DNA of 24,487 nt from a virus (IMGVR_UViG_3300049844_000151:1-24487); one strand, 5' to 3'. Shown: positions 1 through 8,858, numbered from the stretch's first letter. Numbers and translations: made by a program. Notes: generated by a model from the sequence alone, not told the origin.

Positions 1-45
1 GTACACAGTGTACTCCCCTGGGTCATAACTTGTCACAGGAGCTTA

Positions 46-1065
46 ATGGCTATTCCAGCTATCCCATCCAACTTCACGCTCCAGACCGCTAATACCCAAG
101 CCTATCTTAGCTGGGACATTATGCCGGGAGCCACCTCATACCAGGTGCAACGCAGCACTGATGGGGTAACTTTTGCCCTTATCTCCTCTCCTACCCTCAA
201 TGACTACCTAGACACCACGGTTACCTCGGGTAACCAATACTGGTACAAGGTCGCCGCTACCAATACGGATGGCACCTCCCCCTACACCATCGCCCAATCG
301 GTGGTACCCACTCCTAACGGTGAGGCATCCCTGGGCCAAATCAGATTAAACGCTCAGCAACGCGCCGACCGCGTCAACTCTCAGTTTGTATCAAAAACTG
401 AGTGGAATCAAATGATTAACCAAAGCATGTACGAGCTGTATGACCTGCTCATCACGCTTTATGGAGAAGAATACTTTGCGGCGGAGCCTGTCACGTTCAC
501 AACAAACGGCACAACTTATAGATACGCTCTACCTAACGGCGTCAATTTTAACGGCGCTCCTGCTTTCTACAAGCTACTCGGGGTGGACCTCGGCATCAAT
601 ACGACCAATAACGCATATGTCACGGTAAAGCGTTTCAACTTCATTGACCGTAACCGCTTCCTCTACCCCAACTCAGCCTCCACCATCTACGGCGTATTCA
701 ACATGCAATACCGCCTGGTGGGCAATGAGCTTGTCTTTATCCCTACCCCCAGTGCTAACCAGCCTATCCGCCTCTGGTACATTCCCCGAATGACCATGCT
801 CCTTAAGGACTCGGACATCACCACGGCAGGCATCTCCGGCTGGTGGGAGTATCTGGTCATTGACGCGGCCATTAAGGCGTTACAGAAGGAAGAAAGCGAT
901 GTAAGCATCCTAGCTTTGCAGAAGGCTGAGATGATTAAGCGCATCACCGGCACGGCTCCTAATAGGGACGCAGGGCAGCCAGACACCATTACCGACACTC
1001 GCAGCGCTACCGGCCCTTGGGGCATGGGCGATGGGTGGGGGTCTGGGCCAAAGGGAGGCTGGTAA
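46..1065 (+). CDS. Head-tail adaptor (tail tubular protein A-like) with N-terminal fibronectin type III domain
   Basis: AGGAG SD before ATG46. aa 1-88 match the FN3 pattern (P..P.NF..., LSW, YQVQRS, YLDT.V..G..Y.YKVAATN..G.S). The remainder (IRLNAQQRAD...EWNQMINQS, FIPTP...IRLWYIP, YLVIDAAIKAL.K) resembles podovirus adaptors; it lies upstream of the nozzle gene. Confidence 0.75.
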   Translation: MAIPAIPSNFTLQTANTQAYLSWDIMPGATSYQVQRSTDGVTFALISSPTLNDYLDTTVTSGNQYWYKVAATNTDGTSPYTIAQSVVPTPNGEASLGQIRLNAQQRADRVNSQFVSKTEWNQMINQSMYELYDLLITLYGEEYFAAEPVTFTTNGTTYRYALPNGVNFNGAPAFYKLLGVDLGINTTNNAYVTVKRFNFIDRNRFLYPNSASTIYGVFNMQYRLVGNELVFIPTPSANQPIRLWYIPRMTMLLKDSDITTAGISGWWEYLVIDAAIKALQKEESDVSILALQKAEMIKRITGTAPNRDAGQPDTITDTRSATGPWGMGDGWGSGPKGGW

Positions 1066-1382
1066 TGGCTGTTCAGCAACTCCCTCAGTTTCAAGGTGCG
1101 GATGACCCTATCCTCCAGCTACTTCAGAATAGCTGGGCTCAAGCGCTCAACCCAGTGCTCCGTAACCCCCTCATCCAAGGCCGCCTAATGGAGGGCGTAC
1201 AGCTCCAGGTAGGAGACAACACCCTTGACCACCTGCTAGGACGTAAGCTCCAGGGCTGGATGATTACGCGCATTGACGCGGCTGCGCAGGTATACGATAA
1301 GCAGGCTACTAACCAACGGCCCCAGCTAACCCTGGTGCTCAATAGCAACGCGGCGGCTGTAGTGTCGCTCTGGGTATTCTAG
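1065..1382 (+). CDS. Small virion/tail protein
   Basis: ATG1065 overlaps the upstream stop (TAATG) with a GGGAGG SD, so the start is moved from 1017; lies in the tail operon. Confidence 0.65.
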   Translation: MAVQQLPQFQGADDPILQLLQNSWAQALNPVLRNPLIQGRLMEGVQLQVGDNTLDHLLGRKLQGWMITRIDAAAQVYDKQATNQRPQLTLVLNSNAAAVVSLWVF

Positions 1383-1383
1383 T

Positions 1384-2526
1384 ATGGCAGATTTTAATAA
1401 CAGCCCCAACATGTCGCTTCCAGTGCCAGCCGTAGGTGTAGCACCTGGGCCGGACTGGGCAACACTCCTTAACTCTTGCTTAACAATCCTTGACGGCCAC
1501 TCCCACGTCGCTGGCTCCGGTGTCCCCATCACCCCGAACGCCCTCAACATCAATGCTGACCTCCCGATGGGCGGGAATAACCTCACGGCAGCTCGTAGCG
1601 CTAGGTTTAGCCCTCAGGGTAGCCCTTTGGCCCTCGCTTCTGACCTGGGCTGTATCTACGTCTCTGGTGTAGACCTGTTCTACAATGACGGCAACGGTAA
1701 CCAAATCCAGATTACGCAGAGCGGCGCCGTAGCAGGTACCCCCGGCTCTATCGCTAACCTGGTGTCCCCAGCGTCGGCTACCTACGTGGCAGGCCAAAGC
1801 ACGTTTGTATGGCAGTCTGCCGCTAACACCCCCGCCAACATGGACCTAGCCGCCCTAGTGCTCCGTAACCTCTCTGCGGGCTCCAACAGCCTCACCCTCC
1901 AGCCTCCTGCGGCTATGGGCAGTAACACCACCATCACCCTGCCTACGCTGCCCGTTGCCGCTAAGGTGCTCTCTCTTGACGCGAGCGGTAACTTGGCCAC
2001 GGGCGTAGTTAATACCGTAGTTACGACAGACATCACTGACCAGAATGTCACCACAGCTAAGATTGAGGATGAGGCGGTCACTCAGGCCAAACTTGCCCCC
2101 CGCCCTGTTAATAACCCTGCGGCGGCAGGAGAGGTAGCTATTAGCGCTAGTAGCGGCATGTTTATGACGGCTAGCGGCTCTTTCACTCCAGTTACTAATC
2201 TTTCTATTACCCTCACCACGTTAGGGCGCCCGGTCTATATAAGCTTAGTCTCGGCCAATACCACCGTAAACGGCCAAGGGTATGTAGGACTTGCAGGTGG
2301 AGTTGGTACTAACGCGGTAACTTTCGCTATTTTTAGGGATGGGGTAGAAGTTTGCAGCTCCTCCGTACTAGGGGTGGGCAGTCAAACGGGGGTGCCTCCA
2401 GGTACTATGGCGCATCTTGACGCAGGCTTAGCTGCGGGTACCTACGTCTACACAATCCAAGCGGCCTCCAATGCAGGGTCTACCGCAGTAGTGTCCCATT
2501 GTAAGCTGTTAGCGTATGAGATTTAG
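1384..2526 (+). CDS. Tail fibre-like structural protein
   Basis: 380 aa, A/G/S/T-rich. Fibre-type motifs (DGHSH..GSGVPI, ITLPT, VVTTDITDQNVTTAKIEDEAVTQAKLA) and a C-terminal beta-sandwich-like region (GTYVYTIQA). Confidence 0.65.
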   Translation: MADFNNSPNMSLPVPAVGVAPGPDWATLLNSCLTILDGHSHVAGSGVPITPNALNINADLPMGGNNLTAARSARFSPQGSPLALASDLGCIYVSGVDLFYNDGNGNQIQITQSGAVAGTPGSIANLVSPASATYVAGQSTFVWQSAANTPANMDLAALVLRNLSAGSNSLTLQPPAAMGSNTTITLPTLPVAAKVLSLDASGNLATGVVNTVVTTDITDQNVTTAKIEDEAVTQAKLAPRPVNNPAAAGEVAISASSGMFMTASGSFTPVTNLSITLTTLGRPVYISLVSANTTVNGQGYVGLAGGVGTNAVTFAIFRDGVEVCSSSVLGVGSQTGVPPGTMAHLDAGLAAGTYVYTIQAASNAGSTAVVSHCKLLAYEI

Positions 2527-2813
2527 AGTAAAACGTAGCACGTAGCGTGCTGGTAGTAGCCGTTTTGATACCGGTAGTAACCGTCAAAGCTTTTAGTTAA
2601 CTGCAAGTTAGGTCCGTTAGAAGGCAGGTAAGGGTTTTTAACAGGAGTAAAATAGTCCAGAGAGTACCTAGCCTCCTCAGTCAGATAGACGGTAGCACCG
2701 CATATTAGCTCTGTCTTCAGCACTCTAAAGCCGTTAACGGTGTCTGGTACTGGGTTATTAAGACCTCCGCATCCAGTTAAACCAGCTAAAAGAATAATGA
2801 TTAAACTTCGCAT
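2523..2813 (-). CDS. Small lipoprotein (antisense island 1)
   Basis: MRSLIIILLAGLTG-C: basic residue, hydrophobic stretch and LTGC lipobox; ATG at 2813; fills the gap between two + strand genes. Confidence 0.7.
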   Translation of the reverse strand: MRSLIIILLAGLTGCGGLNNPVPDTVNGFRVLKTELICGATVYLTEEARYSLDYFTPVKNPYLPSNGPNLQLTKSFDGYYRYQNGYYQHATCYVLL

Positions 2814-2820
2814 CAACTAA

Positions 2821-2849
2821 AAGATAACACAATGGCACTACAAAAGCAA
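2821..2849 (-). promoter_or_regulatory. Putative sigma70 promoter for the lipoprotein gene
   Basis: Minus strand TTGCTT-N17-TATCTT with TGn extended -10, followed 7 nt later by ATG2813. Confidence 0.55.
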
Positions 2850-5849
2850 TCACTACCGCTACCGTTTGGACAGGGTGTCGAAACTAAGACAGACCCTAAG
2901 CAATTGCCTCCGGGCAAGATGCGGGAGCTGCGTAATGCCGTGTTTACCGCTGGTAACCTCCTCCAAAAGCGTAATGGTTACGGGCAGCTAACCCAGATTA
3001 ATGACCCCACGGTGAACACCATCACCACCTTCCGCGACGGCTTAACGGCTATCGGCGAGAGCCTCCACGCCTACTCCCCGGATAATGACACCTGGTACAA
3101 CAAGGGCGGCCTCTCCCCCATCCAGACCACCGTACAGCCCATGGTGCGCTCCTCTTCAGCCCAAAGCGCCCAAGACCTCGCTATCGACGCTGAGGGCTTA
3201 GCCTGCGTAACTTGGGAGGATAGCGACGGCAACGCCAAATACCAGGTGATTGACCGCCAGTCAGGCAACATCGTAGTGCCCATGACTAACCTAGAAGCCA
3301 CTGCCGCGAAGCCCAGGGTGTTTGTCCTAGGCCGCTTCTTCGTTATCACCTACCTAGTGACCGTAGGCCCTGCTACCCACCTCCGCTTCATGGCGCTGCC
3401 TCGCCTAACGCCTGAGACCCCCGCTGCGCCTGTAGACATCGCTACCAACGCCTCCTCCCTAACCGCCGCTTACGACGGGCATGTGGCCAATAACGGCCTC
3501 TATCTGGCTTGGGACAGCGCGGTGATTGGCGGGACAGTGGTGATAGGCTGGATTGACAGCACCCTCCTTGTCCGCACCCCCAATACCTCCACCTACGCTA
3601 CCTATGAGGCCGACTATATTAGCGTCACCTCTGACCTCTCCACCCCTACCCCCACTATCTGGGTGACAATCCATAGCTCCTCGTCCAACATTGGCTACAC
3701 TGCCGCCGTGGCGTCCAACACCCTAGCCCAAATCCTAGCCCCTACAGCCCTAGGCGGAGCAGCTCCGCTACTGAACGGCCTCACCTCTGTCGCCTCCAAT
3801 GGCCTCCTCACCGTCCTATTCCAGACTGAGAACGTATACCCCACCACTGCAGTGCGCTCCGACTTCGTTTCGCTTATCACCTGCACTCAAGGAGGCACTG
3901 TGAGTGCCAGTAGTGTGGTGGCTAGGAGCGTAGCACTGGCCTCTAAGGCGTTTGCCATCAATGACCGCATCATGTTCATGGCGGCATATGGCGGGAGCTT
4001 ACAGCCGACCTACTTCCTTATAGACTCATTAGGCGTCGTATTAGCCAAGCTGGCCTACTCTAACGCGGGTGGCTACCCCACCACCGATGTCCTCCCTCAA
4101 GCCAACGTAGACGGTTCTACGGTGCATATAGGCTATATGTACAAGGCTACCCTCACCCCAGTCAATAAGAGCCAGGGAGTGACCACTGTAGCGGGCATCT
4201 ACGCTCAGACCGGCATTAACCTCATATCCTGGGGAGTCAACTCAGAGCCCTCCCGCTCGGTGGAGATTGGCTCTAATCTTAACTTAACAGGCGGCTTCCT
4301 CTGGGCCTATGACGGCGTAATGCCGGTGGAGCAGGGCTTCCACCTATTCCCTGAGGACATCCTAGCTGTAGAAGACACTGGGGGCTCTATGGCCGCCCAG
4401 CAATACTACTACCAGGTCACATATGAGTGGACTGACGCTCAGGGTAACCTCCACCGCTCCGCCCCCAGCATCCCCACCGGTGTCCTCGTGGCCTCAGGCT
4501 CCGCCTCTGTAGACCTCCAAATCCCCACCCTCCGCCTAACCGAGAAGGTAGCTAACAACCTTGTCCGCATCGTTATCTACCGCTGGAGCGTCGCTCAGCA
4601 AGTCTACTACCAGGTGACCAGTATCACCTCCCCGCTCCTCAATGACCCCACGGTGGACTCAGTCGCCTACTCTGACACCCAGGCCGATGCCTCTATCCTA
4701 GGTAACCAAATCCTATACACCACGGGCAGCGTAGTGGAAAACATCGCAGCGCCCGCAGCGGTGGACTTTACCCTATTCAAGTCCCGTCTGGTGATGATTG
4801 ACGCTGAAAACCGTAACCAGCTCTGGTTTTCGAAGCAGTGCATCCAAAACACCCCAGTTGAGATGTCTGACCTGTTCACTATCTTTGTAGCCCCTACCAC
4901 GGCAGCTCAGGGCTCCACGGGAGAGTGCTCCGCCCTGTCCACCATGGATGATAAGCTCATCATCTTTAAGCCCAATGCGGCCTACTACATCACAGGTAAC
5001 GGCCCCGATAACACTGGTGCTAACAATGACTTCTCGGAGCCCATCTTTATCGCGGCTTCGGTAGGATGCACTAACCCTAAGTCTATCGTCCTCACCCCTA
5101 ACGGCTTGATATTTCAATCAGATAAGGGCATCTGGCTCCTAGGCCGCGACCTAAACACCACCTATGTAGGCGCCCCTGTAGAGGCATATAACTCGGCTGA
5201 GGTGCTCTCGGCCATCGTTATCCCCGGCACCACGCAAGTGCGCTTCACGCTTAACAATGGCTTAACATTGATGTACGATTACTTCTTCTCCCAGTGGGGA
5301 GTGTTTAGCAACGTACCTGCCATCTCCTCCACCCTATACGAGAACCTCCATACCTACGTCAACAGCTTAGGCGCGATCTACCAAGAGACCCCCGGCTCCT
5401 ACCTCGATGGCTCCTCCCCGGTGCTCATGTCCTTCACTACGGCGTGGTTTAACCTCGCTGGGCTCCAGGGCTTGGAGCGGGCGTATTTCTTTTACCTGTT
5501 GGGTACTTACCTGTCCCCTCACAAGTTGTCGATTGGGGTAGCTTATGACTATAATCCTGCTATTGCTCAGCAAATGCTTGCTGAACCGGACAATTACTCG
5601 CCAGTTTATGGCTCCGCCCCCGGACCCTACGGCTCCGAAACCCCCTACGGCGGCATAGACTCAGTAGAGCAGTTTAGGGTATTCCTGAGCAGGCAGAAGC
5701 TCCAAGCCTTCCAAGTCACCCTCACCGAGGTGTTTGACCCTTCCCTAGGCGTCCCCGCTGGTGCAGGCTTCACCATGTCTGGCATCAACCTGGTAGTAGG
5801 CACTAAGAAGGGCTACGCTACCCTCAAGCCTTCGAAGTCTGTCGGATAA
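2832..5849 (+). CDS. Tail nozzle / tail tubular protein B-like (P22 gp10-type stabilisation protein)
   Basis: 1005 aa, beta-rich. N-terminal 'GVETKTDPKQLPPG..RELRNAVF..G.LQKRNGY' and C-terminal 'LIIFK..AAYYITG', 'VGCTNPKSIV..PNGLIFQSDKGIWLL', 'YDY..QW', as in podovirus nozzle proteins; between adaptor and ejection genes. Confidence 0.75.
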   Translation: MALQKQSLPLPFGQGVETKTDPKQLPPGKMRELRNAVFTAGNLLQKRNGYGQLTQINDPTVNTITTFRDGLTAIGESLHAYSPDNDTWYNKGGLSPIQTTVQPMVRSSSAQSAQDLAIDAEGLACVTWEDSDGNAKYQVIDRQSGNIVVPMTNLEATAAKPRVFVLGRFFVITYLVTVGPATHLRFMALPRLTPETPAAPVDIATNASSLTAAYDGHVANNGLYLAWDSAVIGGTVVIGWIDSTLLVRTPNTSTYATYEADYISVTSDLSTPTPTIWVTIHSSSSNIGYTAAVASNTLAQILAPTALGGAAPLLNGLTSVASNGLLTVLFQTENVYPTTAVRSDFVSLITCTQGGTVSASSVVARSVALASKAFAINDRIMFMAAYGGSLQPTYFLIDSLGVVLAKLAYSNAGGYPTTDVLPQANVDGSTVHIGYMYKATLTPVNKSQGVTTVAGIYAQTGINLISWGVNSEPSRSVEIGSNLNLTGGFLWAYDGVMPVEQGFHLFPEDILAVEDTGGSMAAQQYYYQVTYEWTDAQGNLHRSAPSIPTGVLVASGSASVDLQIPTLRLTEKVANNLVRIVIYRWSVAQQVYYQVTSITSPLLNDPTVDSVAYSDTQADASILGNQILYTTGSVVENIAAPAAVDFTLFKSRLVMIDAENRNQLWFSKQCIQNTPVEMSDLFTIFVAPTTAAQGSTGECSALSTMDDKLIIFKPNAAYYITGNGPDNTGANNDFSEPIFIAASVGCTNPKSIVLTPNGLIFQSDKGIWLLGRDLNTTYVGAPVEAYNSAEVLSAIVIPGTTQVRFTLNNGLTLMYDYFFSQWGVFSNVPAISSTLYENLHTYVNSLGAIYQETPGSYLDGSSPVLMSFTTAWFNLAGLQGLERAYFFYLLGTYLSPHKLSIGVAYDYNPAIAQQMLAEPDNYSPVYGSAPGPYGSETPYGGIDSVEQFRVFLSRQKLQAFQVTLTEVFDPSLGVPAGAGFTMSGINLVVGTKKGYATLKPSKSVG

Positions 5850-6207
5850 GGACTTTCCAATCCCCGAGGACATACCCATGTTTCTGCGCCCTGGTAACAA
5901 TATTCTCCTCACCAGTCAGTGCAATAAGATGGGTAATGCCGTTATCCTGCGCGTAGGTGATAAGCGCCTTGGTTATCAAGTCAAGCGCACAGTCCCTCTG
6001 ACCTGGAGGCATAAGCGGGTGAGTGACGTAGCCGTCAACTAAGCCGTACCCGCCCTCCACCTTCCTGATAAACCCCGCTGCCAGCCCTGGGACAATGAAG
6101 CCCACTTCTGGCAGGGAGTCTATCTTAAGGTCTGTAAGCTCCCGCATCTTAGCCCAAGTGGCTAGAGTAGGGGAGTCTACCTCTTTTTCGTATCGACGCA
6201 CTACCAT
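5824..6207 (-). CDS. GNAT-fold acetyltransferase-like protein
   Basis: 127 aa with GNAT-like layout (GFIV..LAAGFI, GYVTHP, R..ALDL..KAL..YAQDNG, 'RAQKHGY'); ATG overlaps the upstream stop. Confidence 0.55.
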   Translation of the reverse strand: MVVRRYEKEVDSPTLATWAKMRELTDLKIDSLPEVGFIVPGLAAGFIRKVEGGYGLVDGYVTHPLMPPGQRDCALDLITKALITYAQDNGITHLIALTGEENIVTRAQKHGYVLGDWKVLIRQTSKA

Positions 6208-6587
6208 TAGTGTACCGTCTTGTTAGTAGGGAAGTGGAGCACTTTCTTCAAGGCTGCTTCCTCTTCCTTCTCGGTCAACTCCTTGGAGTCCTTAAGGTTA
6301 CGGGCACCGCCCTTGGTGAGGTTGTTAGCTTCCAGCCAGTAGTTGAACGCCTGAGCTGCGGCTTGGACGCCTTCCTCAGACTCAAACACCATGCCCGAAG
6401 CCATAACAAGCTCATTGTCCTTTGGGCCTACCAGCACAACAAACTCAAAGCCGCCGTCTTTCAAGACATCGCCAGCGAGGGTGAAGCGGAGCGCTGCCCC
6501 GGTGTCAAAGCCATGAGCTTTAACCTGCTCTACGATGTATTGGTAAAACTTAGCGAAATGCTTAACTACTTGGTTATTAAAGCTCAT
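6207..6587 (-). CDS. Hypothetical protein (antisense island 2)
   Basis: 126-aa ORF with AGAGGA SD before ATG6587, coupled to the GNAT gene. Confidence 0.7.
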   Translation of the reverse strand: MSFNNQVVKHFAKFYQYIVEQVKAHGFDTGAALRFTLAGDVLKDGGFEFVVLVGPKDNELVMASGMVFESEEGVQAAAQAFNYWLEANNLTKGGARNLKDSKELTEKEEEAALKKVLHFPTNKTVH

Positions 6588-6628
6588 ACTTCCTCTTTCT
6601 TGGTTATGGAGACTGCCCCCATAAACCT

Positions 6629-6657
6629 ACTCTATATCACCTATTTACCCAGTGCAA
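6629..6657 (-). promoter_or_regulatory. Putative sigma70 promoter driving island 2
   Basis: Minus strand TTGCAC-N17-TAGAGT about 40 nt upstream of ATG6587. Confidence 0.55.
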
Positions 6658-6706
6658 CATAAATAAACGCCAATGATTTCAGCGGCTAACCCTAAAAATG
6701 CATTTT
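6653..6706. repeat. 54-bp intergenic element, copy 1 (TGCAACA...ATTTCA...AAAAATGCATTTT)
   Basis: Aligns without gaps to 16400-16453 (40/54 identical by hand count); contains palindrome AAAATGCATTTT at 6695-6706. Confidence 0.8.
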
Positions 6707-6797
6707 CGTGGGTCAGGGGAGTCCTGACAGCCCGGAGCTTAAAAAACTACGGACCAAGGGGCTCCCTTGCCTACACCACCTTATAAGGGGACTCCGC

Positions 6798-8813
6798 GTG
6801 GCATTTATCGCTAGCATGTTTGACAGTGGCAAGGGAGCAGGCTTTGAAGCTAAAGCTGCCGACATTACTAACGCCACTAACCCCCAGCAACTAGCGCAAT
6901 CCCAACAACAAACGCAACAGGGCCTTGGCCAACAGCAAGCCTTTCTCCAGGCATTGCAAGGCCAAAACGGCATTGGTAACCAGTCCAGTGTGTTCAATCA
7001 ACTTCAAAACGTAGCCTCCGGTCAAGGCCCTAACCCCGCTCAAACTGCCCTAGCCAACGCTACGGGCCAAAACGTCCAACAGCAAGCCGCCCTCATGGGC
7101 TCGCAGCGCGGCACTGGTGCCAACGCGGGTATGCTAGCGCGTCAAGCGGCCAGCCAGGGCGCTAACACCCAGCAACAGGCCGCAGGCCAAGCCGCTAATA
7201 TGCAGGCTAACCAGTCCCTAGGCGCCCTTAACCAGATGGGCGGCATCGCAGGGCAGCAAGTAAACCAACAGGCTGGAGCCCTCCAAAACTACAATCAGTT
7301 TGCTCAAAACAATCAAGCCGCCCAGATGAATGCCCAAAACGCATTCAATCAAAACAACGTGTCCATGCAGAGCAACATGAATAACGCTAACGCCAACATC
7401 GCGGCTGGTAACCAAAAAGCTCAGGGTGACCTGCTCGGCGGTGTCATGTCCGGTGTCGGCAACGCCGTCTCTGCCGTTGCAATGAGTGATGAACGGGCTA
7501 AAAAGAACGTCTCTAACGGCGGCGCTCAGGTGCAGCAATTCTTAGATAACACCGGGGCGCACCAGTATGAGTACAAAGACCCCTCCCAGCCAGGTGCATC
7601 CCCAGGCACTCATATCTCTCCTATGGCGCAAGAATTGGAAAAATCCCAATTAGGACGCCCACTTGTACAAAATACCCCAAATGGCAAAATGGTAGACTAC
7701 GCCAAAGCTGCTCCTGTTATGATGGCTGCTCTTGCCCAAATCAATGAGCGCCTCAATGCCATGGAAGGCAAGAAATCCGACGCCCCTCGCAAGATGGCTG
7801 AGGGCGGTATGACCCAGGTGTCTGACCAGGGCGCCCAAGCTCAAATCGGCGGCCTAGGCCCTGTCGCGGACATGAGCGGCATCCGTAAGGGTACCGATGC
7901 CCTGATGGGTAGCCTCCAAGGCGCTATGGCAGGCGGCATGAGCAAGCCTGACACCGGTACAACTGATGCCACGATGGATAGTGTTAAGGGGTCGTCGCCA
8001 ATGCTAAGCGGCAATGCTGCCCCAGTGCCCGGCCAAGCCGGTCTCATGGGAAGAGGTGGCCCTTCTAGCCTATTAGGGGGCAAAGATATGGCGGCTCAAT
8101 TGGGCGGCGGAATGCCCGCAGGGCTAGGCGCCGGAGCCATGATACCTCCAGTCCCTAGCGATGAGCGGGTTAAAAAGAACATTAAAGACGCTCCCCCTAT
8201 CAAGATGTCCAATGGCAAGATGGTGCCCCTGACTCCCGAGCAGCAAGCGGCCAACATGCAATACTTTGAGGACATGGCTAAGCAGCGCGGCGGCTGGAAT
8301 GAGTCACTTAGGCAGGAGCTTGCCTACGCTAGGAAGCAGGGCATGGTGGGTGCTCCCGCTCCTGTAGCGCCTATGCAGCGCGAACAGCCAGTTAAAATGT
8401 ATGATGACCGCATCCCTGACCGTATCCCCGGCCAGCGGATTAACGTCATGGGCGGCCAGGATAACAAAGCCGCAGGGCCAATGGGCGTTAGCGCTAACAA
8501 GATGGCTGAGGTACAGGCTGACCAAGCGCACCTCCGCCCCATGCCTGCTAAAGCGGCTCCACTGCCCGTAGGCTTCGCTCAGGGCGGCCAGGCTAAGAGC
8601 TACGTAGGGGAGCGCCTAAAGAACGGCGGACACGTCCCCGGCAAGGCTAAGCACGCTGGCGATAACTACAAGAATGACACTGTTAAGGCATTGTTAAGCC
8701 CCGGTGAGATTGTGTTGCCTCGCTCGGTAGTTACAGGCCCCAACGCTCCGGCCAAAGCTGCTAAGTTTGTAGCGGCTATCCTCGCTAAGCAAGGGCTAAA
8801 ACGTAAACCATAG
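6798..8813 (+). CDS. Internal virion/ejection protein 1 (Q/N/A-rich pilot-like region + peptidase S74 chaperone domain + C-terminal GG..D.V.A.LSPGE domain)
   Basis: Likely GTG start at 6798 with AAGGGG SD. Q/N-rich helical N-half ending in a Gly-rich hydrophobic segment; SDERAKKNV...YEYK...PMAQELE...MVDY...coiled coil at 7485-7769; first gene after nozzle/GNAT. Confidence 0.7.
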   Translation: MAFIASMFDSGKGAGFEAKAADITNATNPQQLAQSQQQTQQGLGQQQAFLQALQGQNGIGNQSSVFNQLQNVASGQGPNPAQTALANATGQNVQQQAALMGSQRGTGANAGMLARQAASQGANTQQQAAGQAANMQANQSLGALNQMGGIAGQQVNQQAGALQNYNQFAQNNQAAQMNAQNAFNQNNVSMQSNMNNANANIAAGNQKAQGDLLGGVMSGVGNAVSAVAMSDERAKKNVSNGGAQVQQFLDNTGAHQYEYKDPSQPGASPGTHISPMAQELEKSQLGRPLVQNTPNGKMVDYAKAAPVMMAALAQINERLNAMEGKKSDAPRKMAEGGMTQVSDQGAQAQIGGLGPVADMSGIRKGTDALMGSLQGAMAGGMSKPDTGTTDATMDSVKGSSPMLSGNAAPVPGQAGLMGRGGPSSLLGGKDMAAQLGGGMPAGLGAGAMIPPVPSDERVKKNIKDAPPIKMSNGKMVPLTPEQQAANMQYFEDMAKQRGGWNESLRQELAYARKQGMVGAPAPVAPMQREQPVKMYDDRIPDRIPGQRINVMGGQDNKAAGPMGVSANKMAEVQADQAHLRPMPAKAAPLPVGFAQGGQAKSYVGERLKNGGHVPGKAKHAGDNYKNDTVKALLSPGEIVLPRSVVTGPNAPAKAAKFVAAILAKQGLKRKP

Positions 8814-8858
8814 TTTACATTAGCCCCCATTTGTCTATCATAGGGCACTAAATTCTAT

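Noticed and set aside
1-13. Palindrome GTACAC-A-GTGTAC, and TACCTT-A-AAGGTA at 18000-18012
   Set aside because: The two are unrelated in sequence, short, and the first is at the window edge; chance cannot be excluded.
6300-6470. LKDGG and LTKGG in the 126-aa island protein as AxGG copies
   Set aside because: They lack the Ala and the following M/L residue, and are in a non-virion gene.
6685-6706. Sigma54 promoter at the TGCA palindrome
   Set aside because: No GG-N10-GC spacing on either strand in either copy.
6708-6797. ORF-track start of the 701-aa protein
   Set aside because: No SD, overlaps the leader hairpins; GTG6798 has an AAGGGG SD.
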